The position numbers and the translations under genes are program-made. A model generated the notes under the pieces. The model did no database searches and had not been told where the DNA came from. It saw nothing but the letters and a program-made list of their open reading frames with translations. A stretch of DNA of 64,000 nucleotides from an uncultured Alphaproteobacteria bacterium (GTDB lineage Bacteria; Pseudomonadota; Alphaproteobacteria; RF32; CAG-239): assembly GCA_944393175.1 (NCBI GenBank), contig CALXZH010000010.1, forward strand, positions 2,733 through 66,732. Direction: 5' to 3'. Below are positions 39,941 through 48,522 of the stretch, in pieces (position 1 is the stretch's first letter; each line of letters opens with the position of its first letter).

Positions 39941-41161
39941 TTGGATAATACTGCCGAAATACTAAATTTTGCTCATCAGATAAAGTCAGGTGTTACACGC
40001 CTGACTTTAACTGATTTCAGAAACTATGCACATTTGCGGATTAATGCCGATTTGGCACCGATTGTTATTACCGGTGACAATGGTGTCGGCAAAACAAATA
40101 TTTTGGAAGCTATCTCTTTTCTTACGCCGGGGAGAGGCATGCGCAGTGCAAAGCTCTCGGATATCAGACGCATTAGTCCTTGTTTGGTTGATGATGAATA
40201 TGCCCCCACAGCCATAAGCAATACCAGCTGGGCGGTATCGGCAACCGTACGGAATAATGATGACGACATTGAAATCGGAACTGCCGTTGAAAAATCTGTT
40301 CGTGAAGACGATGAAGATTCAAGAAGTTTTGATAGGAGAATCGTTAAAATTGACGGAATTAAAACCAATTCACAAGCCGATTTGGGGCGCTATATTTCCG
40401 CAATTTGGCTGACCCCGCAAATGGATAGACTGTTTCGCGGCGGCTCTCAACCCAGAAGGAGTTTTTTGGACCGTTTGGTATATGCGTTTGATGTCGAACA
40501 CGCCAAGCGCACCTCCAACTTTGAACATTTATACAAACAATGGTATCAACTCCTGAAAAGCGGGCAACATGATAATTTTTGGCTGAATTCTTTAGAGGCA
40601 GAAATGGCCGGACTTGGTGTGGCTATTGCCGCGGCTAGGCGCGAACAAATTGCCAAGCTCAACACCTTTATTGAGCATGAACCCGATGATGTGTTCCCTA
40701 ATGTTTTGCTTGAGCTCGACGGTATGGTTGAAAAAATGCTGGATAAAATGCCGGCGCTTGATGCCGAAGAAGCCTATTGTGAAAGCCTGAAAGCGCAAAG
40801 GAGAAACGTGTTATACAATGACTTTGTGGACGGCGTTAACAGGACAGATTTTAAGGTTTATTACAAAAAGAAAAGGATGCCGGCCGAACTTTGCTCAACC
40901 GGAGAGCAAAAGTCTTTGCTCATCAGCATTATTTTAGCACAAACAAAGTGCCAAACCTTGGACAAAGGATTTGCTCCCGTATTGTTGCTTGATGAGGTTG
41001 TGGCGCATCTTGATGATATTAAACGCGAGGCCTTGCTTGAAAAAATTCGCGATTTGAGAGTGCAAGCCTGGATTACCTCAACAAATCCCGATTTGTTTTC
41101 CTCCCTCAAAGATGAAGCCCAATTTTGGCAAGTCAAAAACAACGCGATTGTTGAGATGTAA
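39941..41161 (+). CDS. recF: DNA replication/repair protein RecF.
   Basis: LTLTDFRNY...ITGDNGVGKTNILEAISF Walker A. SMC-like signature region near the C-terminus. Confidence 0.85.
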   Translation: MDNTAEILNFAHQIKSGVTRLTLTDFRNYAHLRINADLAPIVITGDNGVGKTNILEAISFLTPGRGMRSAKLSDIRRISPCLVDDEYAPTAISNTSWAVSATVRNNDDDIEIGTAVEKSVREDDEDSRSFDRRIVKIDGIKTNSQADLGRYISAIWLTPQMDRLFRGGSQPRRSFLDRLVYAFDVEHAKRTSNFEHLYKQWYQLLKSGQHDNFWLNSLEAEMAGLGVAIAAARREQIAKLNTFIEHEPDDVFPNVLLELDGMVEKMLDKMPALDAEEAYCESLKAQRRNVLYNDFVDGVNRTDFKVYYKKKRMPAELCSTGEQKSLLISIILAQTKCQTLDKGFAPVLLLDEVVAHLDDIKREALLEKIRDLRVQAWITSTNPDLFSSLKDEAQFWQVKNNAIVEM

Positions 41162-41275
41162 ATAAATAAAAAACTTCCGCTTATTAACTCAAAATTGACA
41201 CATTGGGGTTATTGTACTATTATGTTTGCAATGTAGGCTTTAAGATATTAAAGCGCTTTTAATAGGATAAATACC

Positions 41276-41692
41276 ATGGAAAACCAATATTATACTCTGA
41301 TTGAAAAACAAGATTTTTATGAAATCATTGAAAACAAGTTCGGTGAACTGGCTATTTTTATTGATGCCAGAGAGGGCGCTCCGGCTAATCCGGTACTCGA
41401 ATTTGACGGCAAAAAAACCGCTTTGCTCAAAAGAGATGAACGCCTAGCCGTTAAACTCGACAATATTGATGAAGAAACCAAAGGGCCTTTGGCTGAAGCC
41501 GAATTCGTCATGATTGTTGAATTGCAGGGTAAAATGGTTGAACGCACATACGGCGTTCCGGTTGAAAATGTTGAAGAAATTACCTTTAAGGGCAAACAAA
41601 CCCGCGCTGACGAATTGGTTCGCGCCAAGAGCAGAGAAGATGTTATTAACTCTTTCGGCGCCGTTAAAATTTGGTCTTGCGGCGAAAAATAG
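41276..41692 (+). CDS. Hypothetical protein (138 aa). It occupies the slot immediately upstream of the EIIA(Man)-HPr pair, where alphaproteobacteria usually carry hprK.
   Basis: No P-loop/Walker A, so not an HprK. Acidic, no TM. Confidence 0.4.
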   Translation: MENQYYTLIEKQDFYEIIENKFGELAIFIDAREGAPANPVLEFDGKKTALLKRDERLAVKLDNIDEETKGPLAEAEFVMIVELQGKMVERTYGVPVENVEEITFKGKQTRADELVRAKSREDVINSFGAVKIWSCGEK

Positions 41693-41704
41693 GTAGGAAA
41701 AAAT

Positions 41705-42103
41705 ATGATTGGTTTAGTTTTAGTTACCCATGGAAATCTTGCCTTGGAATTTATTTCGGCCATGCAACATGTGGTCGGCAAGCAAGAACAGGTTGAGGCT
41801 GTTTGTATCGGTCCGGAAGACGATATGGAAATGAGAAGAAACGAAATCCTCTCAAAGGCTGAACATGTCAACTCCGGCGACGGAACAATTGTGTTGACCG
41901 ATATGTTCGGAGGTACCCCTTCTAACTTGGCAATCTCTATTATGGACAGAGCTAAGGTGGAGATTATTGCCGGTATTAATTTGCCGATGTTGATTAAACT
42001 CGCCTCTTTACGCAAAGATAAGTCCTTAAAAGAAGCCGTTGAGGGTGCACAAGAAGCCGGCAAAAAATATATTAATGTCGCATCGAAGTTATTGGGGATG
42101 TAA
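41705..42103 (+). CDS. PTS EIIA component, mannose/fructose family (ManX-like regulatory EIIA).
   Basis: MIGLVLVTHGNLALEF... with the phosphorylatable His in the THG motif. 132 aa. Confidence 0.8.
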   Translation: MIGLVLVTHGNLALEFISAMQHVVGKQEQVEAVCIGPEDDMEMRRNEILSKAEHVNSGDGTIVLTDMFGGTPSNLAISIMDRAKVEIIAGINLPMLIKLASLRKDKSLKEAVEGAQEAGKKYINVASKLLGM

Positions 42104-42106
42104 ATT

Positions 42107-42385
42107 ATGGCTGGTGAAACTTTATCCGCAACGCTTGAAATTCAAAACAAAAAAGGTTTGCATGCCAGAGCCGCAGCCGCTTTTGTGAAAGCCATCGAAG
42201 ATTTGGATGCAGATGTTACCGTTGAGAGAATCGGCCAAACCGTGAGTGGGTGCTCAATTATGGGGTTGATGATGTTGGCTGCCGCCAAAGGCACAACCAT
42301 TAAAGTAAACTGCTCGGGAAAACAAGCCAAAGAAGCGCTGGATGCTTTGACCTTATTGGTTAACAGCAAGTTTGGCGAAGACTAA
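42107..42385 (+). CDS. HPr-family phosphocarrier protein (NPr/HPr).
   Basis: GLHARAAAAFVKA active-site His. Conserved Ser46-like context CSIMGLM. Confidence 0.8.
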   Translation: MAGETLSATLEIQNKKGLHARAAAAFVKAIEDLDADVTVERIGQTVSGCSIMGLMMLAAAKGTTIKVNCSGKQAKEALDALTLLVNSKFGED

Positions 42386-42387
42386 TC

Positions 42388-43308
42388 ATGAAGACAAAAG
42401 CTCCCCGTAATAAAACCTTGGAGCTCAACAGGGCACAGACGCATACTTACGCCGCGCAAGCACTCAAACTCAAAAGACAAGCCAGTTTACCGGAAGTTTT
42501 GAACCAAATTATTTGGCAAGACGCTTTTAAGGCGATTGATTTGTTGCCTGAAAATTCGGTGGATTTGATGATTGTTGATCCGCCCTACAATCTGACTAAA
42601 AACTTTGGAAAATCCGTTTTCAAAGAAATGGGGCTGAATTCTTATAAAGAGTGGTTGGATTCTTGGTTGTCTAAGACGGTGCGTCTTCTCAAGGATAATG
42701 CATCCATCTATATTTGTGCCGATTGGAAAACATCTATTGCCATTCCTGAGGTGGCCGGAAAATATTTTTTGTTGCAAAACCGAATTTCTTGGGAGAGAGA
42801 AAAAGGCAGAGGCGCCGCAAACAACTGGAAAAATTGCTTGGAAGATATTTGGTTTTTTACCAAAGGAAAAGATTATACCTTTAATTTGGATAATGTTAAA
42901 ATTCAGCGAAAGGTCATTGCCCCTTATCGGGATAAGTCCGGTTTGCCAAAAGACTGGGTGCAAAACGATGATGAAAGATACCGTTTGACAGCTCCTTCAA
43001 ATATTTGGACGGATATATCTATTCCCTTCTGGTCAATGCCGGAAAACACCCCTCACCCGACGCAAAAACCCGAAAAACTGATTGCTAAACTTATTTTGGC
43101 CTCAAGCAACGAAGGTGATGTGGTGTTTGACCCGTTTGTCGGCTCTGGAACCACCGCCGTTACCGCAAAAAAACTCAGGCGCAATTTTATTGGTATTGAA
43201 AAAGAGCAAGAATATGTTGCTTTGGCCCTCAAGCGCTTAGAACTGGCTGAAGAATTTCCAGAAATTCAAGGATATGAAAACGGAATTTTTCGCGCCCGTA
43301 ACGGATAA
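42388..43308 (+). CDS. ccrM: Beta-class N6-adenine DNA methyltransferase, CcrM-like. No adjacent restriction enzyme, so an orphan MTase.
   Basis: DPPYN motif IV precedes motif I (HPTQKPE...DPFVGSGTT), which is the beta-class order. Lacks the C-terminal ~80-aa extension of Caulobacter CcrM. Confidence 0.7.
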   Translation: MKTKAPRNKTLELNRAQTHTYAAQALKLKRQASLPEVLNQIIWQDAFKAIDLLPENSVDLMIVDPPYNLTKNFGKSVFKEMGLNSYKEWLDSWLSKTVRLLKDNASIYICADWKTSIAIPEVAGKYFLLQNRISWEREKGRGAANNWKNCLEDIWFFTKGKDYTFNLDNVKIQRKVIAPYRDKSGLPKDWVQNDDERYRLTAPSNIWTDISIPFWSMPENTPHPTQKPEKLIAKLILASSNEGDVVFDPFVGSGTTAVTAKKLRRNFIGIEKEQEYVALALKRLELAEEFPEIQGYENGIFRARNG

Positions 43309-43367
43309 TAAAATATTTTTTTTAATCCTCTTGTTTTTCAGTCTACGGGACCCTAAATGGAATTATA

Positions 43368-43388
43368 GGTGCTTATGGTCATAAGCAC
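43368..43388. promoter_or_regulatory. Perfect 9-bp inverted repeat GTGCTTATG-gt-CATAAGCAC; candidate operator upstream of the first tiny ORF.
   Basis: Palindrome about 20 nt upstream of the RBS of the 39-aa ORF. Confidence 0.35.
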
Positions 43389-43410
43389 AGTCTTTTTAGG
43401 AGAATAAAAA

Positions 43411-43530
43411 ATGTCTCACAAAACTAAAAAAAATTCACAAAATTCATCTAATTCTTCAACAAACGCGACAAATACTGCAAATGCTTCTGCCGCAAGTAAT
43501 ACAAAAAATACTAAAAGTTCTAAAAAATAA
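43411..43530 (+). CDS. Tiny ORF (39 aa), very polar low-complexity peptide: MSHKTKKNSQNSSNSSTNATNTANASAASNTKNTKSSKK.
   Basis: Strong SD (AGGAG) 8 nt upstream. Its own intrinsic terminator cagcctcctttcctttgcgggggctg plus T-run at 43548-43585. Confidence 0.45.
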   Translation: MSHKTKKNSQNSSNSSTNATNTANASAASNTKNTKSSKK

Positions 43531-43684
43531 ATTCGTCTTATGTTAAGTACGACAGCCTCCTTTCCTTTGCGGGGGCTGTTTTTTTATTAATAAAAAGTCT
43601 ATAAAACCTGTTTTTTCTCACATAACATCTTACATCTTTAATGAACCGATTAGGATTCAATCATAACCTTTAAGGAGAAAAAAC

Positions 43685-43810
43685 ATGTCTTGTAACTGCA
43701 ATAATAACAATACAAAAACAACAAAATCTGCCTCAAGTAACTCTAACTCATCTAACGAATCTAACTCCACAAAATCTACTTCCTCTAAAAAAGGAAGTTG
43801 CAATAAATAA
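43685..43810 (+). CDS. Tiny ORF (41 aa), polar Ser/Asn/Thr-rich peptide with terminal Cys pairs: MSCNCNNNNTKTTKSASSNSNSSNESNSTKSTSSKKGSCNK.
   Basis: SD AAGGAG 8 nt upstream. Its own terminator (ctcctcaacttttcagttggggag plus T-run, 43835-43868). Confidence 0.45.
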   Translation: MSCNCNNNNTKTTKSASSNSNSSNESNSTKSTSSKKGSCNK

Positions 43811-43932
43811 ATATACTCCCTAAATCAAGAAATCTCCTCAACTTTTCAGTTGGGGAGATTTTTTTGTTAGACTATTTTTGATTATTGATTATATTAGGTG
43901 TTGTTTGTGTTTTTAGAATAAGGAACGGCAAA

Positions 43933-44556
43933 ATGAAAATATCAATTTGGGCGGCTTGTTGCGCTGTTTTGCTCTTGAGTGTTCATCCGGCGTTGGCGCA
44001 AAAACAAGAAAACTTAAAACAAATTGAAGACTATCTTAACAACATCAAAACCTTGCAGGCCTCCTTTGTGCAAACAGCAAGCAACGGCGGCATGTCTGAA
44101 GGAAAATTATATATTCAAAAACCAAACAAAATTCGCATGGAATATAATCCGCCGGTGGATGTCGATATTATCGGTGATGGCGATTATATCGTCTATAACG
44201 ATAAAGAGTTAGACCAGGTCACAAATATTGACTATGACGATATTCCGGCCAGCTTGATTTTGGCAAATGATGTGAAGTTGGACGGGAAAGAATTTAAGGT
44301 TACCGACTACTATCATGATAACGGTATTACCAAAATTACCGTGCAATATATGGAAAAAGAAGATATTGGTCCGATTTCTTTGACTTTTAACAATAACCCG
44401 TTTGAGCTCAAACAATGGAGCATTGTTGACCCGCAAAGCGTGGAAGTTACCGTATCTCTTTATAACGCGCAAAAAGATGTGGCTCTGGAGAGCTCTTTGT
44501 TCAAGTTCAAAAAAGAAAATAAGGGTCCGAAAAACTACAAAAAAGGACGCCGTTAA
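43933..44556 (+). CDS. lolA: Outer-membrane lipoprotein carrier protein LolA.
   Basis: Signal peptide. ...LQASFVQTASNGG...GKLYIQKPNKIRMEY... LolA signature. The start is placed at the Met preceded by AGGAA. Confidence 0.7.
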   Translation: MKISIWAACCAVLLLSVHPALAQKQENLKQIEDYLNNIKTLQASFVQTASNGGMSEGKLYIQKPNKIRMEYNPPVDVDIIGDGDYIVYNDKELDQVTNIDYDDIPASLILANDVKLDGKEFKVTDYYHDNGITKITVQYMEKEDIGPISLTFNNNPFELKQWSIVDPQSVEVTVSLYNAQKDVALESSLFKFKKENKGPKNYKKGRR

Positions 44557-44558
44557 TT

Positions 44559-45374
44559 ATGGCTTTGGAACAGACTTTCAAGCTCGCAACCTGGAACGTA
44601 AACTCCATTCGCATTCGTTTGGAATTGCTAAAAATTTTGGTTGAACAAGAAAATCCCGATATTATTTGCATTCAAGAGGTTAAAGCTAAAAGGGAAGATT
44701 TCCCTTTTGAGGAAATTGAGGCTTTGGGGTATAAAAACATTGCTCTGTACAGTATGCCCGGCTACAACGGCGTGGCCATTTTATCCAAGACACATTTGGA
44801 AGGAATCGAGCAAAAAGATTGGGTCAGCAAAAGCGATGCCAGACATATTATTGCCCGCGTGTTTGATGATTTGGAAATTAACAATATCTATATTCCCGCC
44901 GGTGGCGATATTCCCGACCCGATTGAAAATATTTCTTTTGCCCACAAACTGACCTTTATGGACGATGTGGCAGAATATTGGGAAACTCACAAAGACGACT
45001 ATGGCAAAAGAAAAATGATTGTTTGCGGCGATTTTAACGTGGCGCCTTTAGAAAACGATGTTTGGAATCACAAACAAATGCTCAAAGTTGTTTCGCATAC
45101 GCCGGTGGAAGTCTCTCGCTTAAAGCGTTTAAAAAACTCTTTGGACTTTGTCGATGTCATAAGGCTGTTTCATCCCGAGCCTGAAAAGATATTTACCTGG
45201 TGGAGCTATCGCAACCCTAATTGGCAGACAAACAACAAAGGGCGTAGGCTTGACCATATTTGGGTTTCGCCTTGCCTAAAGGATAGAATCGTCTCGGTTA
45301 AAATTTGTAAATTTATGCGCGCTTTGGAGAGACCCTCCGACCACGTGCCGGTGATTGCGGAAATAAAAAAATAG
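44559..45374 (+). CDS. xthA: Exodeoxyribonuclease III (AP endonuclease).
   Basis: KLATWNVNSIR... EEP-family with intact catalytic motifs (GDFN, SDH). Confidence 0.85.
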   Translation: MALEQTFKLATWNVNSIRIRLELLKILVEQENPDIICIQEVKAKREDFPFEEIEALGYKNIALYSMPGYNGVAILSKTHLEGIEQKDWVSKSDARHIIARVFDDLEINNIYIPAGGDIPDPIENISFAHKLTFMDDVAEYWETHKDDYGKRKMIVCGDFNVAPLENDVWNHKQMLKVVSHTPVEVSRLKRLKNSLDFVDVIRLFHPEPEKIFTWWSYRNPNWQTNNKGRRLDHIWVSPCLKDRIVSVKICKFMRALERPSDHVPVIAEIKK

Positions 45375-45450
45375 CTTTCAGCCGTAATTGTGATTGACCT
45401 TAAAGATAACAATCTTTACACTCTTGATAAACATTAAAAGGTCAAAGTTC

Positions 45451-46581
45451 ATGAAATTTAAGTTTTCAATATTTTGTTTTGCCATGCTTGCCTTGAATGC
45501 CACGCAAGCAAGAGCTCAGGAATCGCAATTTATTTATGAGGGCAGAATCGATGCCTTGTATGGCTATAATATGCCCTCAAACCGCTATAAGCATAATTCG
45601 CCCAGAGACAAAACCATTTACAACCTTAGCCTTAATTTGGGCTGGGAAAAAGAGTTTAACGACGTGCGCAAACTCGGGCTTTATGCCGACCTTAATGCCG
45701 GAATTAACCGCGATATGTATAATTATAACAACGGCAACTGGGGGCAAGAGTTATACGCTATTTATGATGATATGTTCGGGCGGATTATGTTGGGTGAAAC
45801 CTACAACGCGGCCTATCAATTTCAGGTGGGAGCACCGCGCGTGGGTGCCATGGGGGTTAATGATTCCGATATTGTTAACTTTATGACCAATCCAAACTGG
45901 ATTAGAGATAAGCACATGACAAGTTTTCAGACGCTTAATTCCACCTCTATCAATACGGACGGTGTTGCTCCGAAAATCACCTATATCACTCCTGAAATTT
46001 ACAACACGATGTTTGGTTTTTCGTATGCGCCTGATAGTTATGACCGCCGCGGATTGGTCAATAAATTTGCCAGATATGAAGATGATTCCGCCTACGTATT
46101 TTCTTTATATACCGAACAAGACCTCGGGTTTGCGGATATGTCGGCTGCTTTGGGTTATGGTATTTTTCACCAAGATGATAAAGAGTTTTCAGCCGGTTTG
46201 AGTTTTTATAAAGGCGGTTGGACACTTGGAACAAGTTATCGTAAATCTTATGTGGATGGCGGAGACTTTCCGATTACGGAAGTCTCAAATAACCCAAGAC
46301 TGCCCGATTTGTTTGATAACTACCGCGAGGGACAGGCTTGGGATATTGGAATCGGATATGAAATCGGGCCTTACAGCGTGGCTTTATCATACTTGCACAG
46401 CGAGGCTGAAAATACCGATAACCAAGATGATATTTTTATGCTGTCGCAACAATACCAATTCAACAAATATGTTGATTTGTACTTAATCGGGGCGCAAGTC
46501 AACTTTAGAGGCGCAAACAAAGAAGTTGAAAACAACAACAAAGGTTACAGCGTTGTGGCCGGTGTCGGTTTGCACTTTTAA
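45451..46581 (+). CDS. Outer-membrane beta-barrel porin (alphaproteobacterial Omp2/RopA-like family).
   Basis: Signal peptide ...ALNATQARAQE, alternating amphipathic strands, C-terminal ...AGVGLHF aromatic terminal residue. Confidence 0.65.
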   Translation: MKFKFSIFCFAMLALNATQARAQESQFIYEGRIDALYGYNMPSNRYKHNSPRDKTIYNLSLNLGWEKEFNDVRKLGLYADLNAGINRDMYNYNNGNWGQELYAIYDDMFGRIMLGETYNAAYQFQVGAPRVGAMGVNDSDIVNFMTNPNWIRDKHMTSFQTLNSTSINTDGVAPKITYITPEIYNTMFGFSYAPDSYDRRGLVNKFARYEDDSAYVFSLYTEQDLGFADMSAALGYGIFHQDDKEFSAGLSFYKGGWTLGTSYRKSYVDGGDFPITEVSNNPRLPDLFDNYREGQAWDIGIGYEIGPYSVALSYLHSEAENTDNQDDIFMLSQQYQFNKYVDLYLIGAQVNFRGANKEVENNNKGYSVVAGVGLHF

Positions 46582-46595
46582 GCAGGAGAAATGTA

Positions 46596-47222
46596 ATGCC
46601 CAGTATTTTGTTTTTATCTGACAATGAAGGTTTTGCCGAAGATTTGTGCGGGCAAATTCAACTCTATGCTCCCGAATTTTCTATTGCAAGAGAAGATGAT
46701 GACAAAGACTATGATATTTATGTCTTAGATGAAAAAAAGGAGCTTTTGCCTCGGTTGCGAGAAAAGCACGTGAAATCACCCATCGTATTGTTGGAGAAAA
46801 ATATTGATGGTTTAGGAGAAGATGGTGATTTAGTGTTTTTGGTAGAAAAGCCGTTTCGCTTGAATGAGTTTTTGAACAATTTGCGCTCGTGTATTAACAA
46901 GTTTGAAAACAGTAGTGATGCTTATTTGACCTTTAACAATTATGAGCTTCACCCTGCGGCTAAAGAGATTTTGAACTTGCGCAACAATGAACTCATAAAA
47001 CTCACCGAAAAAGAAGTGGCGGTCATTAAATACCTTTACAAAGCAAAAGACAGAATCGTCAGCAAAACCGATTTGTTGCAAGATGTGTGGGATTATAATG
47101 CAGAAGTTTCGACCCACACCATTGAAACGCATATTTATCGCCTCAGGCAAAAAGTGGAACAAGGTGATGCGGACGCGCAACTCATCATTACCGAAAACGG
47201 CGGTTACAAGCTCAAATTCTAG
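46596..47222 (+). CDS. OmpR/PhoB-type winged-helix transcriptional regulator with an atypical (degenerate) receiver domain.
   Basis: C-terminal ...VAVIKYLYKAKDRIVSKTDLLQDVWDYNAEVSTHTIETHIYRLRQKV winged helix. The N-terminal receiver lacks the acidic DD pair. Confidence 0.6.
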   Translation: MPSILFLSDNEGFAEDLCGQIQLYAPEFSIAREDDDKDYDIYVLDEKKELLPRLREKHVKSPIVLLEKNIDGLGEDGDLVFLVEKPFRLNEFLNNLRSCINKFENSSDAYLTFNNYELHPAAKEILNLRNNELIKLTEKEVAVIKYLYKAKDRIVSKTDLLQDVWDYNAEVSTHTIETHIYRLRQKVEQGDADAQLIITENGGYKLKF

Positions 47223-48520
47223 CTTCTGGAATTGCCTCGGCCACGGGGCAAATTATTGGGGCGGGTTTGACGGCCTCTGGGATTGGTCGGACGATTGTTT
47301 CCTTGATTAGAATTTTGTGGGCCAAGAGCTTTTTGCAGGCGCGTCTTGGTTTTGGAATCTAAGTTTTGCAAAAATTCTTTAGAGATATGAGGGGCTCCCT
47401 TGGTTTTTACCCTAGGAGAAGATTCCAGACAAGCAATCAATAGACGAGCTTTAAACTCGTCATCTTCTATATTGGCAAATTCTATCTGGCAATTATCTTT
47501 AACTGCCTTGGAAACAATATCGCTAAAGTCTTTAATTGAGGGAATATCATCTTCACCGTTAGCATTTTGTGCACCTAATGAGAGGTTATATTCGTTATTG
47601 GCCTCAATATTGAGTTTTGAACCATCGGCGTGCGTAATATCAGCCACAAAATTTTTGTTTTTGAGGTCTTCGTGATAGGTAGCATTATCTCTGGCAGCCA
47701 CGGCTTTGAGGTGTTGACGCCAGCCGTCTTTCCAATTGTCGTTATTATGCGGCAAGACAGGTAGGTTGTTTTGATGCGAGATGGTAACAGCTTTGACCAA
47801 GCCCGGCATATTTTCTAAAGTTTGACGCATTGAGGCAATACATTCATCACAAAACGGAGGTTGACCTTTTTGCTTACGGTCCAGTCTTTCTTGCGTTAGT
47901 CCGACAAAGCCGCTTTCACCCATAATACATTTGTTGTTGGTGCAGTGGATGCCTAAATCAGGATTATCCTTGATGTGCGGGCGAGCGGCATGGGTGGCGT
48001 TTAGTATATGTCCGAACTCGTGAATAAAAATGGTGATAAACAATTCTTTATCGGTGCAGTTTTCAAGCGAGAGGACGGAATTGAGTTTTTCAATACCATA
48101 GCCGTAAAATTTCGGCTCAATCGGCTGATTTAGCAATGTTACAACCAAACTCTGCGATTTTTCACGCAACATTTTTTCTGCTTTGAGGCGAGCATAGTGT
48201 TCCATATCCACCGCATTAATTCCTTTGGCTTTGTTTTGCTCTGAAGCTACAGCCAAAAACCACTTCTCTGAAGCATAAGGCACCAAATATCTGCCATTGG
48301 GTAGTTTGAAATATTTGGATTTTAATTCATCATTAGGCAGTGCCGTATATTCCGCAACCGAAATTTCGGTTTTGTTTTTGGGGTGACAATCATCAAACTC
48401 TATTTGAAAAGAGGATTTATATTCCGGAAACATGGATAACATCTCTTGAGCTGCTTCCTTGGCCCAAATTTTATAGTGTGGCGGCGTGCCGGTCGGTGTT
48501 TCTAAAATTAGTTTTTTCAT
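47219..48520 (-). CDS. Archaemetzincin-like zinc metalloprotease domain protein (HEFGHILNATH...HCTNNKCIM...CDEC) with a C-terminal Arg/Gly/Asn-rich basic tail.
   Basis: HExxHxxxxxH followed by the C-x4-C-x-M and CxxC pattern typical of archaemetzincins. The tail RPTNPRGRQTRPNNLPRGRGNSRS resembles positively charged T4SS C-terminal signals. 3-nt gap to the upstream ORF (operon). Confidence 0.55.
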   Translation of the reverse strand: MKKLILETPTGTPPHYKIWAKEAAQEMLSMFPEYKSSFQIEFDDCHPKNKTEISVAEYTALPNDELKSKYFKLPNGRYLVPYASEKWFLAVASEQNKAKGINAVDMEHYARLKAEKMLREKSQSLVVTLLNQPIEPKFYGYGIEKLNSVLSLENCTDKELFITIFIHEFGHILNATHAARPHIKDNPDLGIHCTNNKCIMGESGFVGLTQERLDRKQKGQPPFCDECIASMRQTLENMPGLVKAVTISHQNNLPVLPHNNDNWKDGWRQHLKAVAARDNATYHEDLKNKNFVADITHADGSKLNIEANNEYNLSLGAQNANGEDDIPSIKDFSDIVSKAVKDNCQIEFANIEDDEFKARLLIACLESSPRVKTKGAPHISKEFLQNLDSKTKTRLQKALGPQNSNQGNNRPTNPRGRQTRPNNLPRGRGNSRS

Positions 48521-48522
48521 GG

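Noticed and set aside
41276-41692. The 138-aa ORF as a truncated HprK kinase/phosphorylase.
   Set aside because: No Walker A (GxSGxGKS) motif and no similarity to the HprK C-terminal domain, despite sitting in the expected position.
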